A stretch of 63,338 nt of DNA from Planctomycetota bacterium (GTDB lineage Bacteria; Planctomycetota; JACQVX01), in assembly GCA_016209495.1 (NCBI GenBank), contig JACQVX010000237.1:1-63338 (forward strand). The letters run 5' to 3'. The position numbers and the translations under genes were made by a program. The notes below the pieces were generated by a model. It ran no database searches, had not been told where the DNA came from, and saw only the letters and a list, made by a program, of their open reading frames with translations. Shown one piece after another: positions 21,136-29,659 of the stretch (its first letter is position 1; each line of letters begins with the position of its first letter).

Positions 21136-23832
21136 ATGTCCAGGCCGAGCACCGGCGCGGGCCGTCCGGGTCCGTGCCGCCACCGCCGTTTCCTGTCCCT
21201 CGTCGGTCTGCACCTCGTCCTCGCCGCCCCGCTGGCAGCCTGCCGGGACCCCGGCGGCGCGCCGCAGGCGAGGCTCTTCCCCGCGGCCTCCGCGGCCACG
21301 CCCCCCGCGAGCACGGCCCTGGCCGGCGGCCCGACCGCCGCGGCGGCGGGCCCCGTGGTCGCCATCCGGCAGCCCCGGGACGGCGATCGCCTCGACCTGG
21401 GACAGGCGGTCCGCCTGGAGGGCGTGGCCGTGGACGCCGCGGGCATGCCCCTTCCCGCCTCGGCCCTGCAGTGGACCTCGTCCCTGGACGGCCCCCTGGG
21501 GAGGGGCCCCGTCGCGACGGTGGCGGCCCTGAGCCCGGGCCTGCACGACGTGGGCCTCGCGGCCACCGACTCCCAGGGCCGCACGGGGCGCTCCGCCGTG
21601 CGGGTCCTGGTGGCGGGGGCGGGCGGGCGCACCGGGACGGACCTGGCGGCCTACCTGCTCGGCCTCCCGCGCTCGATCCTGGGCCAGCCCTACGGCTTCC
21701 CACCGGACTTCCACTCCATGGTGGCGGCGAACCCCACGGACCTGAACGCCACCACCGGGGCCGGGGGAATGGCGGCGGGTTTCTCGTCGGCGGGGACCCT
21801 CACGGTCCTTCGCTGGCCGAACCCGTCCTGCTACGACCAGGTGAACTACCTGGCGGTCCCGGGCCGCCCACCGGGCTTCGGGGCCCTGGAGAACATGGGC
21901 GTCTTCGCAGGGGTGGTGCTCCCCCTGGGGACCGGCCGGACGGTGTCCTGGCTGCGCGATCCCACCTGGACGACGACGCAGCGCTACCTGGACGACGAGG
22001 CGGACGTGGTGGTGACCTCCCACGAGTCGGCGGCCCTGGGGCTCCGGGTGACCCAGACGGGCTTCGTCCGGCCGGATCGGGACGTCCTGGTGCTCGGCTA
22101 CGAGGTGGCGCGTCTCCCGGGCGGCCCCGACGCCGTCTCCCTGGTCCTCTTCGAGAACCTGGCCCCCTGCACCACCCGGTTCCCGTACCTCCCCCTGGCG
22201 GACTGGGCCCTGGACCTGGCCAACGACTTCGCCGCGGCCTACTCGGAGCGGGACGACGCCGTGGTCCATTTCCGGCCCGACCGCGCCGACCCCCTGCGCC
22301 TGGCGGGATTCGCCCTCTCGGGCGGCTCCCGCCGCCGTGCCGACGTGGAGGCCTGGCTGGACGCGGCCGACGGGAGCTTCGGCACGGGCGCCTACCTGGC
22401 CCTGGGGGGCGAGGACCACTCGGACGGGGTGCAGGTGGGCCCGGACTCGGCCGGCGTCGCGCGGGCCGGGGCCGCCTCGGCCGTAGACGCCTACGCGGAC
22501 GCCTCCGATGGCCTGCTCTCCGGGAACCCCTTCGCCGCCGTGCGGGCCACGGCGGCCTTCTCGCGCCGGCTGGACCTCTCGGCGGGCGGGGCCTCGACGA
22601 CCTGGTACCTGGCCGCGGGGCCCAGCCTGGACGGGCCCGCGGGGGCGCGGACCCTCCTCGCCTGGGCCCGCTCCACCCCCTACGCCGCCCACCGGAGCGC
22701 CGCCCTCGCCGACTGGCGCGCCTGGATGGCGCGGGCGCGCCTCCCGTCGGCGCTCGGTGGCCCGGAGGTCCTGCGCCTGGCCCGCCGCGGGCTCGTGGCC
22801 ACCCGCACGGCCACCGACCGCTCCGGGGGGGCCATCGTGGCCTCCATCGCCACCCAGCTCCCCTACGGCCTGGACTGGCCGCGGGACGGGGCCTTCATCA
22901 ACCGGGCCCTGGACGAGGCGGGGTACCCCGAGGTGGTGACGCGGCACAACGAGTTCTACGCCCGCGTACAGCGCAAGGGCCTCTTCCTCCCCGGCACCTA
23001 CGAGATGAACTACTACGCCGACGGGACGCCCGGGGGCCCCATCCTCTTCGAGATCGACAACGCCGCCCTGGCGGTATGGACCCTGGCCGACCACCTGGAC
23101 TTCATCGCCGACCCGGTGGAGCGCGCACGCCACCAGGCCGTGGTCTACCCGGCCATCCGCCGCGGGGCTGGATTCCTGGCCTCCTGGCGCGACCCCATCT
23201 CGAGGTTGCAGCTCCCGGCCAACGAGGACGACCACCCGGAGCTGACCCAGGGCATCCAGGGGGCGGAGACCATCTGCCTCGCCCTGGAGGCGGCCCTGCG
23301 GGCGGGGGCGGCGGCGGGGGAGGACCCCCGCGTCCTGGACGCCTGGCGCCACCGGCGGGACGAGCTGCGCGACGCGCTCCTCGCGCGGTTCTGGGACCCG
23401 GCCCTGGGCCGGCTGGCGGACCGGGGGGGCTCCAGCAGCCACGGCCTCACGGACAGCGGGACGGGGGCCTGGGCCCTCTGGCCCTGTCCCGTCCTCCTCC
23501 CGGGCGACCCGCGGCGCGCCGCGGAGGCGGACTACCTCTGGCGGGACCTGGGGCTCACCTTCTCGGGGGCACGCGGCCGCAGCGCCTACGACCTGAAGGG
23601 GGCGGTGGCCCTGGCGGAGGCCTGGGCGGCCGACCCGGTGCGCCGCGCGGGCCTGGCGGACCTGGTGCGCCGCGCGGCCCTGGAGATGCCCACCCCCGGG
23701 ACGGGCCACCTGGGCGAGATGTACGAGATTCAGGCCCTGGGCCCGGGCCGGCTCCTCTTCCGCCAGGTGAACGACATGCCCCACATCTGGGAGCACGCCC
23801 TCTTCTACCTGGCGGCGCGGCGGCTCTACTGA
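21136..23832 (+). CDS. GH15-family glycoside hydrolase (glucoamylase/glucodextranase-like) lipoprotein
   Basis: 898 aa. The signal peptide has the lipobox LAAC (RRFLSLVGLHLVLAAPLAAC). An Ig-like N-terminal domain and a beta-sandwich region precede an (alpha/alpha)6-type C-terminal half with GLDWPRDGAF, which matches the GH15 WxRD motif as I recall it. Confidence 0.7.
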   Translation: MSRPSTGAGRPGPCRHRRFLSLVGLHLVLAAPLAACRDPGGAPQARLFPAASAATPPASTALAGGPTAAAAGPVVAIRQPRDGDRLDLGQAVRLEGVAVDAAGMPLPASALQWTSSLDGPLGRGPVATVAALSPGLHDVGLAATDSQGRTGRSAVRVLVAGAGGRTGTDLAAYLLGLPRSILGQPYGFPPDFHSMVAANPTDLNATTGAGGMAAGFSSAGTLTVLRWPNPSCYDQVNYLAVPGRPPGFGALENMGVFAGVVLPLGTGRTVSWLRDPTWTTTQRYLDDEADVVVTSHESAALGLRVTQTGFVRPDRDVLVLGYEVARLPGGPDAVSLVLFENLAPCTTRFPYLPLADWALDLANDFAAAYSERDDAVVHFRPDRADPLRLAGFALSGGSRRRADVEAWLDAADGSFGTGAYLALGGEDHSDGVQVGPDSAGVARAGAASAVDAYADASDGLLSGNPFAAVRATAAFSRRLDLSAGGASTTWYLAAGPSLDGPAGARTLLAWARSTPYAAHRSAALADWRAWMARARLPSALGGPEVLRLARRGLVATRTATDRSGGAIVASIATQLPYGLDWPRDGAFINRALDEAGYPEVVTRHNEFYARVQRKGLFLPGTYEMNYYADGTPGGPILFEIDNAALAVWTLADHLDFIADPVERARHQAVVYPAIRRGAGFLASWRDPISRLQLPANEDDHPELTQGIQGAETICLALEAALRAGAAAGEDPRVLDAWRHRRDELRDALLARFWDPALGRLADRGGSSSHGLTDSGTGAWALWPCPVLLPGDPRRAAEADYLWRDLGLTFSGARGRSAYDLKGAVALAEAWAADPVRRAGLADLVRRAALEMPTPGTGHLGEMYEIQALGPGRLLFRQVNDMPHIWEHALFYLAARRLY

Positions 23833-23854
23833 GACCGATCGGGGCCCGGGCCGC

Positions 23855-24802
23855 CTACCGCTGCTCGGGCTGGGTCACCGGCCTCGGGGCGTGCGCGGGC
23901 TTGAAGTGGGTGAACCAACCCCCGAGGTAGGCGGGCCTCGCGGCCTCGCGCCGATGGATGGACTGCAGGACCGAGTGGGAGACGGCGTTGATGACGCTGA
24001 AGATGATGAGGACTACTACCGCCTTCCCCAGGGGCGTGTTGAAGTTGAGGGCGTCCTTCGTCATGGTGTAGGTCAGGTCGTAGATGCTCGTGTCTTCGGC
24101 GATGGCGATGCCGGGGAACTGGAGGATCACCCCCATCACTAGCAGGGCCACCAGGAACTCCACCCACATCCGCACCACCCCCACGACCAGGCCCGAGAGG
24201 ATCCCATGGCGCAGGGCCTGCCACGGGATCATGCCCAGGGCCCGCTCGTCCGCCCGCATGGTCTTGAAGATGCGCTCCAGGGAGTCTCGCGTGGTGGCGA
24301 TCACCGTGGGCGTGATCATGAGGCAAAAGACCAGGGGGATGCCCCAGAACTGGTAGCCCGCATCGAAGGTGACCGTGAGGGAATAGTAGGCGAACAGCCC
24401 CACGATGATGCAGGGGAGCCGGGTCATGTGGTCGGCGACGAAGCTGATGACCGCCGTGGCCCAGCCCTGCTCCTTGAACCCCGCCACCACCAGGCCCGCC
24501 GCGCCGCCGAGGGCGATGGTGAGGAGGACGGCCGAGAGGGTGGTGTAGAGGCCCCAGGCGACGTAGTGGCCGATGCCGGCCTCGCGGCTGGTCATGGCCT
24601 CCACGGCATAGGTCCAGGTCGTCCTCACGTCCTCCAGGTCCAGGAAGGCGGTCACCACCTGATAGGCCACGCTGCCGTAGGTGAAGGTCAACAGGCCGAT
24701 GGCCAGGAAGACGAGCAGCCAGAACAGCACATTGATGAGGGGCGTCTCGCCAGACGAGATCTTCACCGGAGGACTCCCTTCCCCTGTCGTGGGAGCGACC
24801 AT
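23855..24802 (-). CDS. ABC transporter permease (binding-protein-dependent inner-membrane component, PstA/PstC-like EAA loop)
   Basis: 315 aa with about 6 predicted TM helices. An EAA-loop-like segment reads TTRDSLERIFKTMRADERALGMIPWQALRHGILSGL. GC content is visibly lower than in its neighbours. No ATPase or binding-protein gene is adjacent. Confidence 0.6.
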   Translation of the reverse strand: MVAPTTGEGSPPVKISSGETPLINVLFWLLVFLAIGLLTFTYGSVAYQVVTAFLDLEDVRTTWTYAVEAMTSREAGIGHYVAWGLYTTLSAVLLTIALGGAAGLVVAGFKEQGWATAVISFVADHMTRLPCIIVGLFAYYSLTVTFDAGYQFWGIPLVFCLMITPTVIATTRDSLERIFKTMRADERALGMIPWQALRHGILSGLVVGVVRMWVEFLVALLVMGVILQFPGIAIAEDTSIYDLTYTMTKDALNFNTPLGKAVVVLIIFSVINAVSHSVLQSIHRREAARPAYLGGWFTHFKPAHAPRPVTQPEQR

Positions 24803-24863
24803 GATACGGAAGGCCCCACGGGGGTCCAGGAGATTCGGCGGCCCACGCCCCCGGGCGTCCCGG

Positions 24864-25682
24864 TCAGGCCGGCGGCCCCTGGGGGTCCGGGTCCGGGATG
24901 GGCCAGGTCTCGCCCCACAGCCGCTGGGCGCCGTCCACCGCCAGGGTCGCCCCGGTGATGAACGAGGCCGCGTCGGAGCACAGGAAGATGAGCGCCCAGG
25001 CCACCTCCTCGGGTGTCCCGAGCCGCTTCATGGGGGTGGCGCGGCGCACGAACTCGATCCCCGCCTCCGGATACTGGGCCAGCCCCTCGGTGCGGATGCT
25101 CCCCGGGGCGACCGCGTTCACCCGGATACGGTGGCGCACCCATTCCACGGCCAGGGTGCGGGTCATGTTCTCCACCCCGGCGCGGGCCGACCCGGTGTGG
25201 ACCATCCCGGGGAAGCCCCGCTCCACGTTGGCGGTCACGTTCACGATGGCCCCGCCCCCGTCGGGGATCATGGAGCGGGTGGCCACCTCCCGGGTCATGT
25301 TCCAGGTCCCCAGGAGGTTGTTCCGCACCACCGCCTCGAAGCCCCGCGGGGAGAGGGCCTCGGCGCTGGAGGGGAACTGGCCCCCCGCGTTGTTGACCAG
25401 GACCCGGATGGGTCCGAGGGTCTCCCGCACGCGAAGGACGGCCTCCTCGCAGGAGGGCGGTTCCCGGGTGTCGCAGCGGAGCGCCAGGGCGCGGCCGCCC
25501 TCCGGGTCCAGGGTCCGCGCCGCGCGCTCCACCACCTCCAGCCGCCGCCCCAGGAGGGCCACCCTCGCCCCCAGGGTCACCAGGCCCCTGGCCGTGGCGA
25601 GACCGATGCCCGTGCCCCCGCCGGTGACCACGCAGGTCCGGCCCTCGAAGAGGCCCGGGGCGAAGGGGGTCGGCGTCTCCAC
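24864..25682 (-). CDS. SDR family oxidoreductase (enoyl/dienoyl-CoA reductase-like)
   Basis: 272 aa with the cofactor motif VTGGGTGIG, NNAG, and an active-site region lacking a classical YxxxK, as in peroxisomal trans-2-enoyl-CoA reductase-like SDRs (SARAGVENMTRTLAVEW). Confidence 0.85.
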   Translation of the reverse strand: METPTPFAPGLFEGRTCVVTGGGTGIGLATARGLVTLGARVALLGRRLEVVERAARTLDPEGGRALALRCDTREPPSCEEAVLRVRETLGPIRVLVNNAGGQFPSSAEALSPRGFEAVVRNNLLGTWNMTREVATRSMIPDGGGAIVNVTANVERGFPGMVHTGSARAGVENMTRTLAVEWVRHRIRVNAVAPGSIRTEGLAQYPEAGIEFVRRATPMKRLGTPEEVAWALIFLCSDAASFITGATLAVDGAQRLWGETWPIPDPDPQGPPA

Positions 25683-25694
25683 GGTGCGCAGGCC

Positions 25695-26903
25695 CTACCC
25701 CTCGGAGGGGTATCCGAAGAGGCGCCGGGCGAGGACGATCCGCTGCACCTCGCCAGTGCCTTCGAAGATGTCGAAGACCTTCACGTCCCGGTAGCACCGC
25801 TCCACCCGCGGGTCCACCACCCCCGCCAGGCCGCACACGTCCAGGGCGGCGGAGGTGGCGGCCAGGGCCGCCGCCGGGGCGTGGACCTTGGCCATCGAGG
25901 CCTCTACGGTGTTGCGCTCGTGGTGGTCCATGCGCCAGGCGGCGCGCCAGCAGAGGAGCCGGGCCGCGTCCAGCCTCCGGCGGGCCGTCGCCAGCCGATC
26001 CAGGACCCCGAGCTCCCTCGCGGCGTACGGCGCGGCGCCGAACGCCTCCCTCGCCAGGTCCCGCGCCCGTTCCCAGGCCGAACGGCCGATGCCCACGGCC
26101 ATGGCCGCCACCATGGGGCGGGTGAGGTCGAAGGTCGCCATGGCCGTCTTGAAGCCGGCCTTGGCCTCCTCGCCCCGCTCGCCGCCCAGGAGGTTCTCCA
26201 CGGGGACACGGCAATCCTCGAGGAACAGACCCGCGGTCTCGGAGGCGGTGAGGCCCATCTTCTTCTCGATGCGCCCGACCCCGAAGCCCGGCGTCCCGCG
26301 TTCTACCACGAAGGCGCGGTGGCCCGCGCGCCCCAGGGAGGCGTCCACGGTCGCGAAGACCACCACCCACGAGGCCCGCGCCCCGTTGGTGATGAACATC
26401 TTGTCCCCGTGCAGGACGTAGTGGTCCCCATCCCGCCGCGCCGCGGTGCGGATGCGCGCCACGTCGCTCCCGGCCGCCGACTCGGTGGTGGCGTAGGCCC
26501 CCCAGGCAGGCCGCTCGGGGTCGCGGAAGGGCTCCTCGAGGAAGCGCCGTCTCTGGTCCTCGTTCCCCAGGAGCTGGATGGGCGGCCCCCCGAGCCCCGG
26601 CCCCGGGAGCGCCAGCAGGGCGCCCTGGTCCCAGAAGGCCAGCTCCTCCGCCGCCAGGATGGCCGAGCGCGCCATCCGGCTCGGGGCCTGCCCCGGCGCC
26701 GCCTCTCCTCCCCCCCTGCGTCCCTGGGCCAGGCCCAGACTCAGGCCCATCCGGTTCCAGGAGACGAAGAGGGGGTGGTCCACCGGGAGGGGCTCGCCGG
26801 TGGCCTCCGCCTCCAGGCCGGCCGGGCGCAGGAGGTCGCGCCCGACCTGCCGCATGATGAGCAGTACGTTGCGGAATCCCGCGTCCAGGGTGGTGTCGAT
26901 CAT
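25695..26903 (-). CDS. Acyl-CoA dehydrogenase, large subunit-like, catalytic Glu present (paralogue of 13025..14260)
   Basis: Real part of ORF 25695..27977, from the ATG at 26903 (MIDTTLDAGF). GAYATTESAAGSDVARI, GDKMFITNG and C-terminal YRDVKVFDIFEGTGEVQRIVLAR. Collinear by eye with 13025..14260 (LPGPGLGGPP... shared). Confidence 0.85.
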   Translation of the reverse strand: MIDTTLDAGFRNVLLIMRQVGRDLLRPAGLEAEATGEPLPVDHPLFVSWNRMGLSLGLAQGRRGGGEAAPGQAPSRMARSAILAAEELAFWDQGALLALPGPGLGGPPIQLLGNEDQRRRFLEEPFRDPERPAWGAYATTESAAGSDVARIRTAARRDGDHYVLHGDKMFITNGARASWVVVFATVDASLGRAGHRAFVVERGTPGFGVGRIEKKMGLTASETAGLFLEDCRVPVENLLGGERGEEAKAGFKTAMATFDLTRPMVAAMAVGIGRSAWERARDLAREAFGAAPYAARELGVLDRLATARRRLDAARLLCWRAAWRMDHHERNTVEASMAKVHAPAAALAATSAALDVCGLAGVVDPRVERCYRDVKVFDIFEGTGEVQRIVLARRLFGYPSEG

Positions 26904-27928
26904 GACGCGTCCCCCACCGCCTCCGGCGCGTCCAGGACCGACAGGGCGGCGTCCCTCTCGGAGAGCACGGCGCCGCCCCAGAGGGAGGCCAGCGAGCGCA
27001 CGTCCCTCATGCGTTTCTCCACCCGATGGTCCTGCAGGTAGCCGTGCCCCCCCAGGGCCTGCACCGAGCGCTCCACCACCCGCAGGGCCACCTCCGTGAC
27101 GTAGGCATGGGCCCCGGCCACCTCCGCGGCGTGGCCACGCGAGGCCGCCGCCTCCAGGAGGAGCCGGGCCGCCTCCAGGTCGGTGGCCGCGTCGGCGAGC
27201 TGGAAGGCCAGCCCCTGGTGGTGCGCGATGGGCCGTCCGAAGGCCACCCGCTCCTGGGTGTAGCGCGCCGCGGCCGCGTGGGCGTCCCTCGCCGCGCCGA
27301 GGAGGAGCGCGCCGGCGTAGAGCCGGCACTCGGCCAGGACCTGCCTCGCCAGGTCTGCGCCCCCCAGGGACTCCGCGGGGGCGTCCTCCAGGACCACCTC
27401 CACCCCCCCGCAGGCCCTGAGCCCGCAGGGGCGCGCCGCCACCGGCGCCCACCGCGGCGCGTCCACCCGGTAGACCCCCCGGTCGTCCGCCAGGACCAGC
27501 CAGTGGAGCCCGCCCCGGGGGAGCCAGCCCACCCTTCCCCGCGCCCGGCCGCCCTCGACGCGGATCCCCTCCGCCACGGCCACGGCGCCTTCCCGGGCCT
27601 CCGCGATGAGCGCGCGCCCCGCCGGGGTCGAGGCCAGCGCGACGCACCCCGGCCCCAGGGGGTCCAGGCCCAGGGGTGCCGCCGGGTCCGCCGCGGCCAG
27701 CTCGGAGCGCACCGCCACCTGCACGGGGGCCGCCAGGGCCGCGCCCCCCAGCGCCTCGGGGAGCCCCAGGGTCCCGAGGCCCAGCTCGCGGTACTCGTGC
27801 ACCAGGGCCTCCGGGTAGCGGCGCGCCTCCTCGTGGGGGCGCTCCGCTGGCCGCAGGCGTTCCTCCCCGAACCGCGCCGCCGTGGACAGGAGGCCCTCCT
27901 CTTCCTCGGTCACCTGGAAGTCGATCAT
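26900..27928 (-). CDS. Acyl-CoA dehydrogenase family protein, small subunit-like, catalytic Glu absent (paralogue of 11968..13023)
   Basis: Real part of ORF 26900..28768, from the ATG at 27928 (MIDFQVTEEEEGLL). ERVAFGRPIAHHQGLAF is conserved. The catalytic-motif position reads SLWGGAV instead of YEGT. ATGA overlap with the downstream ACAD. Confidence 0.75.
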   Translation of the reverse strand: MIDFQVTEEEEGLLSTAARFGEERLRPAERPHEEARRYPEALVHEYRELGLGTLGLPEALGGAALAAPVQVAVRSELAAADPAAPLGLDPLGPGCVALASTPAGRALIAEAREGAVAVAEGIRVEGGRARGRVGWLPRGGLHWLVLADDRGVYRVDAPRWAPVAARPCGLRACGGVEVVLEDAPAESLGGADLARQVLAECRLYAGALLLGAARDAHAAAARYTQERVAFGRPIAHHQGLAFQLADAATDLEAARLLLEAAASRGHAAEVAGAHAYVTEVALRVVERSVQALGGHGYLQDHRVEKRMRDVRSLASLWGGAVLSERDAALSVLDAPEAVGDAS

Positions 27929-27943
27929 GAGGGCCCCTGCCTC

Positions 27944-27974
27944 CCGCCGCGGGACCGGCAGGGTCCCGCGGCGG
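27944..27974. promoter_or_regulatory. 13-bp perfect inverted repeat (operator or 5' stem-loop) in front of the minus-strand ACAD operon
   Basis: CCGCCGCGGGACC (27944-27956), loop ggcag, GGTCCCGCGGCGG (27962-27974). It lies between the candidate minus-strand -10 element (27980-27985) and the ATG at 27928. Confidence 0.5.
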
Positions 27975-27979
27975 CACCG

Positions 27980-28015
27980 AGTATAGGATGGACCCACCAT
28001 GGTCAAAACTATAAT
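27980..28015. promoter_or_regulatory. Back-to-back candidate promoters in the AT-richer divergent gap
   Basis: Plus strand: perfect TATAAT at 28010-28015, with a poor -35, 30 nt before the SRPBCC ATG, which has a GGGAGG SD. Minus strand: TTGACC (28006-28001), 15-nt spacer, TATACT (27985-27980), for the ACAD operon. Confidence 0.35.
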
Positions 28016-28045
28016 ATTCAGCCCTTTACTCCCTGGGAGGCCCCC

Positions 28046-28717
28046 ATGCGCATGACCCCGCCGCGGACCCTGGCGGTCCTGTCCCTCCTGGCATCCGGAC
28101 TCGTCCTGGGCGGCGAGGACCCGCACAAGGAGCCCCTGGTCCTCGCCCCCGACACCGTGGAGGCCCTGGGGCCGCTCCTGGGACGCGGCGAGCTCGTGCT
28201 GGTAGCGTCGCGGGACGACGGGAGCCCCGACGAGGCCGTGGCCATGGCGCGCATGCGGGCCCCCTTGGGACGCGTCTGGGAGACCCTCCTGGACTACCCC
28301 TCCTACCCGCGCTGGGTCCCCAAGGTGGTGCGCTCCGACGTGGTGCGCCGCGCCGAGGGGGCCCCGGAGGTGCTGGACGTCAAGTTCGAGATCGAGGTCC
28401 CCGGCTGGAACTACCGCTACACCATCCGATACGCCGTGGACGAGGCAGGCCGCACCGTCCTGGGGAGCTGGCACTCCGGCGACCTGGAGGGGGGACGCTG
28501 GAACTGGCGGCTCTATGCCTCGGGGGAGGAGACGGTGGTGACCTATGCGACCCATACGGACGTGGGACGGGCCAGCCGCCTGGTCCGGGAGCTGGACGAT
28601 GAGTACCACTCCCTCTCCTACGGCCTGGACCTCTCCTCGGCGGTCCTCATGGTGAAGGCACTCCAGCGGGAGGCCGAGCGGCGCGAGGCCGCCGCCGCGG
28701 CCGGCGAGGGGCGGTAG
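28046..28717 (+). CDS. Secreted SRPBCC (START/polyketide-cyclase-like) domain protein
   Basis: Real part of ORF 27026..28717, from the ATG at 28046. Signal peptide MRMTPPRTLAVLSLLASGLVLG. LLDYPSYPRWVPKVVRSDVV is typical of the Polyketide_cyc2/SRPBCC family. Confidence 0.65.
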   Translation: MRMTPPRTLAVLSLLASGLVLGGEDPHKEPLVLAPDTVEALGPLLGRGELVLVASRDDGSPDEAVAMARMRAPLGRVWETLLDYPSYPRWVPKVVRSDVVRRAEGAPEVLDVKFEIEVPGWNYRYTIRYAVDEAGRTVLGSWHSGDLEGGRWNWRLYASGEETVVTYATHTDVGRASRLVRELDDEYHSLSYGLDLSSAVLMVKALQREAERREAAAAAGEGR

Positions 28718-28756
28718 CCGTGGCGCCCCCCCCGGACCGTCGGCGTTCCGCCATGA

Positions 28757-28785
28757 TTGACGCACCATCCCGGGGCTGCTAGACT
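28757..28785 (+). promoter_or_regulatory. Candidate sigma70-type promoter of the tRNA-binding/STAS gene pair
   Basis: TTGACG (28757-28762), exactly 17 nt, TAGACT (28780-28785). The ATG at 28801 is 15 nt after the -10 and has no Shine-Dalgarno. Confidence 0.45.
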
Positions 28786-28800
28786 CCGACCGCCGCTGAC

Positions 28801-29145
28801 ATGTCTGCCGCCGGACGCGTGACCATCGACGAGTTCAGCCGCTTCGAGATCCGTACCGCGCGGGTCGTCGATTGCCGTGTCCATCCGGACGCGGACCGTC
28901 TCCTCATCCTGGACTGCGACCTGGGGGAGGGCGAGCGCAGGCAGATCGTCGCCGGGATCCGTCGCTCCTATGCGCCGGAGGCGCTGGTCGGCCGGACCAT
29001 CGTCATCGTGGCGAACCTGGAGCCGGCGGTGCTGCGCGGGGTGGAGAGCCAGGGGATGCTCCTCGCGGCGAGTCCTCCGGACCGGGCGACCGTGGCAGTC
29101 CTGACGGTGGACGGGGACGTCCCCGCCGGGTGGAAGGTCACCTGA
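28801..29145 (+). CDS. tRNA-binding domain protein (CsaA / EMAP-II / MetRS C-terminal domain-like)
   Basis: 114 aa. IDEFSRFEIRTARVVDCRVHPDADRLLILDCDLGEGERRQIVAGIRRSYAPEALVGRTIVIVANLEPAVLRGVESQGMLLAA matches the OB-fold tRNA-binding domain consensus. Confidence 0.8.
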   Translation: MSAAGRVTIDEFSRFEIRTARVVDCRVHPDADRLLILDCDLGEGERRQIVAGIRRSYAPEALVGRTIVIVANLEPAVLRGVESQGMLLAASPPDRATVAVLTVDGDVPAGWKVT

Positions 29146-29152
29146 GGGCGCG

Positions 29153-29659
29153 ATGTCGCAGGTCGCAAGGGCCACCTACCGCGTCTCCTCCATCGACGGG
29201 GCCATCTACATCCGCGTGGAGGGTATGGCCTCCATGGCGACGGCCTCGACGTTGAAGTCCTTCGCCGACCGCATGGTCCGGGAGGGGCACCGCCGCTTCA
29301 TCGTGGACCTGGGGCCCTGCACCGGGATGGACTCCACGTTCATGGGGACTCTCATGAGCCTCGTCCAGCAGCTGGAGGGAACGGATGGGCCTGGAGTCCT
29401 CATCGCCAATGCCTCCGCCGACTGCCTGGCCCTCCTGGAGAACATCGGGCTCACGCGGTTCGTGCGCCTCGCGGAGCGCCTGAGCGTCCCGGCCGACCTG
29501 GAGCTCCAGACCCTGGAACCCGGCGACCTGAGCGGGCCCCAGCGTCTCCGCTTCATCAAGGAGGTGCACGAGAACCTGGTCCGCATCGACCGGCGGAACC
29601 AGGAGCGCTTCGGGGCCTTCATCCGGGCCCTGGACCGGGAGTTCTCGGCCTCCCGGTAG
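29153..29659 (+). CDS. STAS domain protein (anti-sigma-antagonist-like) with a C-terminal helical extension
   Basis: 168 aa. IRVEGMASMATASTLKSFADRMVREGHRRFIVDLGPCTGMDSTFMGTLMSL has STAS/SpoIIAA-like topology (the DSTF position corresponds to the phosphorylatable Ser/Thr region). Confidence 0.6.
   Translation: MSQVARATYRVSSIDGAIYIRVEGMASMATASTLKSFADRMVREGHRRFIVDLGPCTGMDSTFMGTLMSLVQQLEGTDGPGVLIANASADCLALLENIGLTRFVRLAERLSVPADLELQTLEPGDLSGPQRLRFIKEVHENLVRIDRRNQERFGAFIRALDREFSASR

Noticed and set aside
21010-23796. 928-aa minus-strand ORF and 944-aa plus-strand ORF (21096..23930) overlapping the GH15 gene
   Set aside because: Both are shadow ORFs of the GH15 frame. Their translations are Arg/Pro/Gly repeats without domain signatures, whereas frame 21136..23832 has a lipoprotein signal and the GH15 WPRD motif.
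23843-23852. 10-bp palindrome GGCCCGGGCC in the 22-nt gap between the convergent GH15 and permease genes, considered as a bidirectional terminator
   Set aside because: It has no loop and no flanking T/A runs. It is too short to form a stable hairpin and is a common sequence type in GC-rich DNA.
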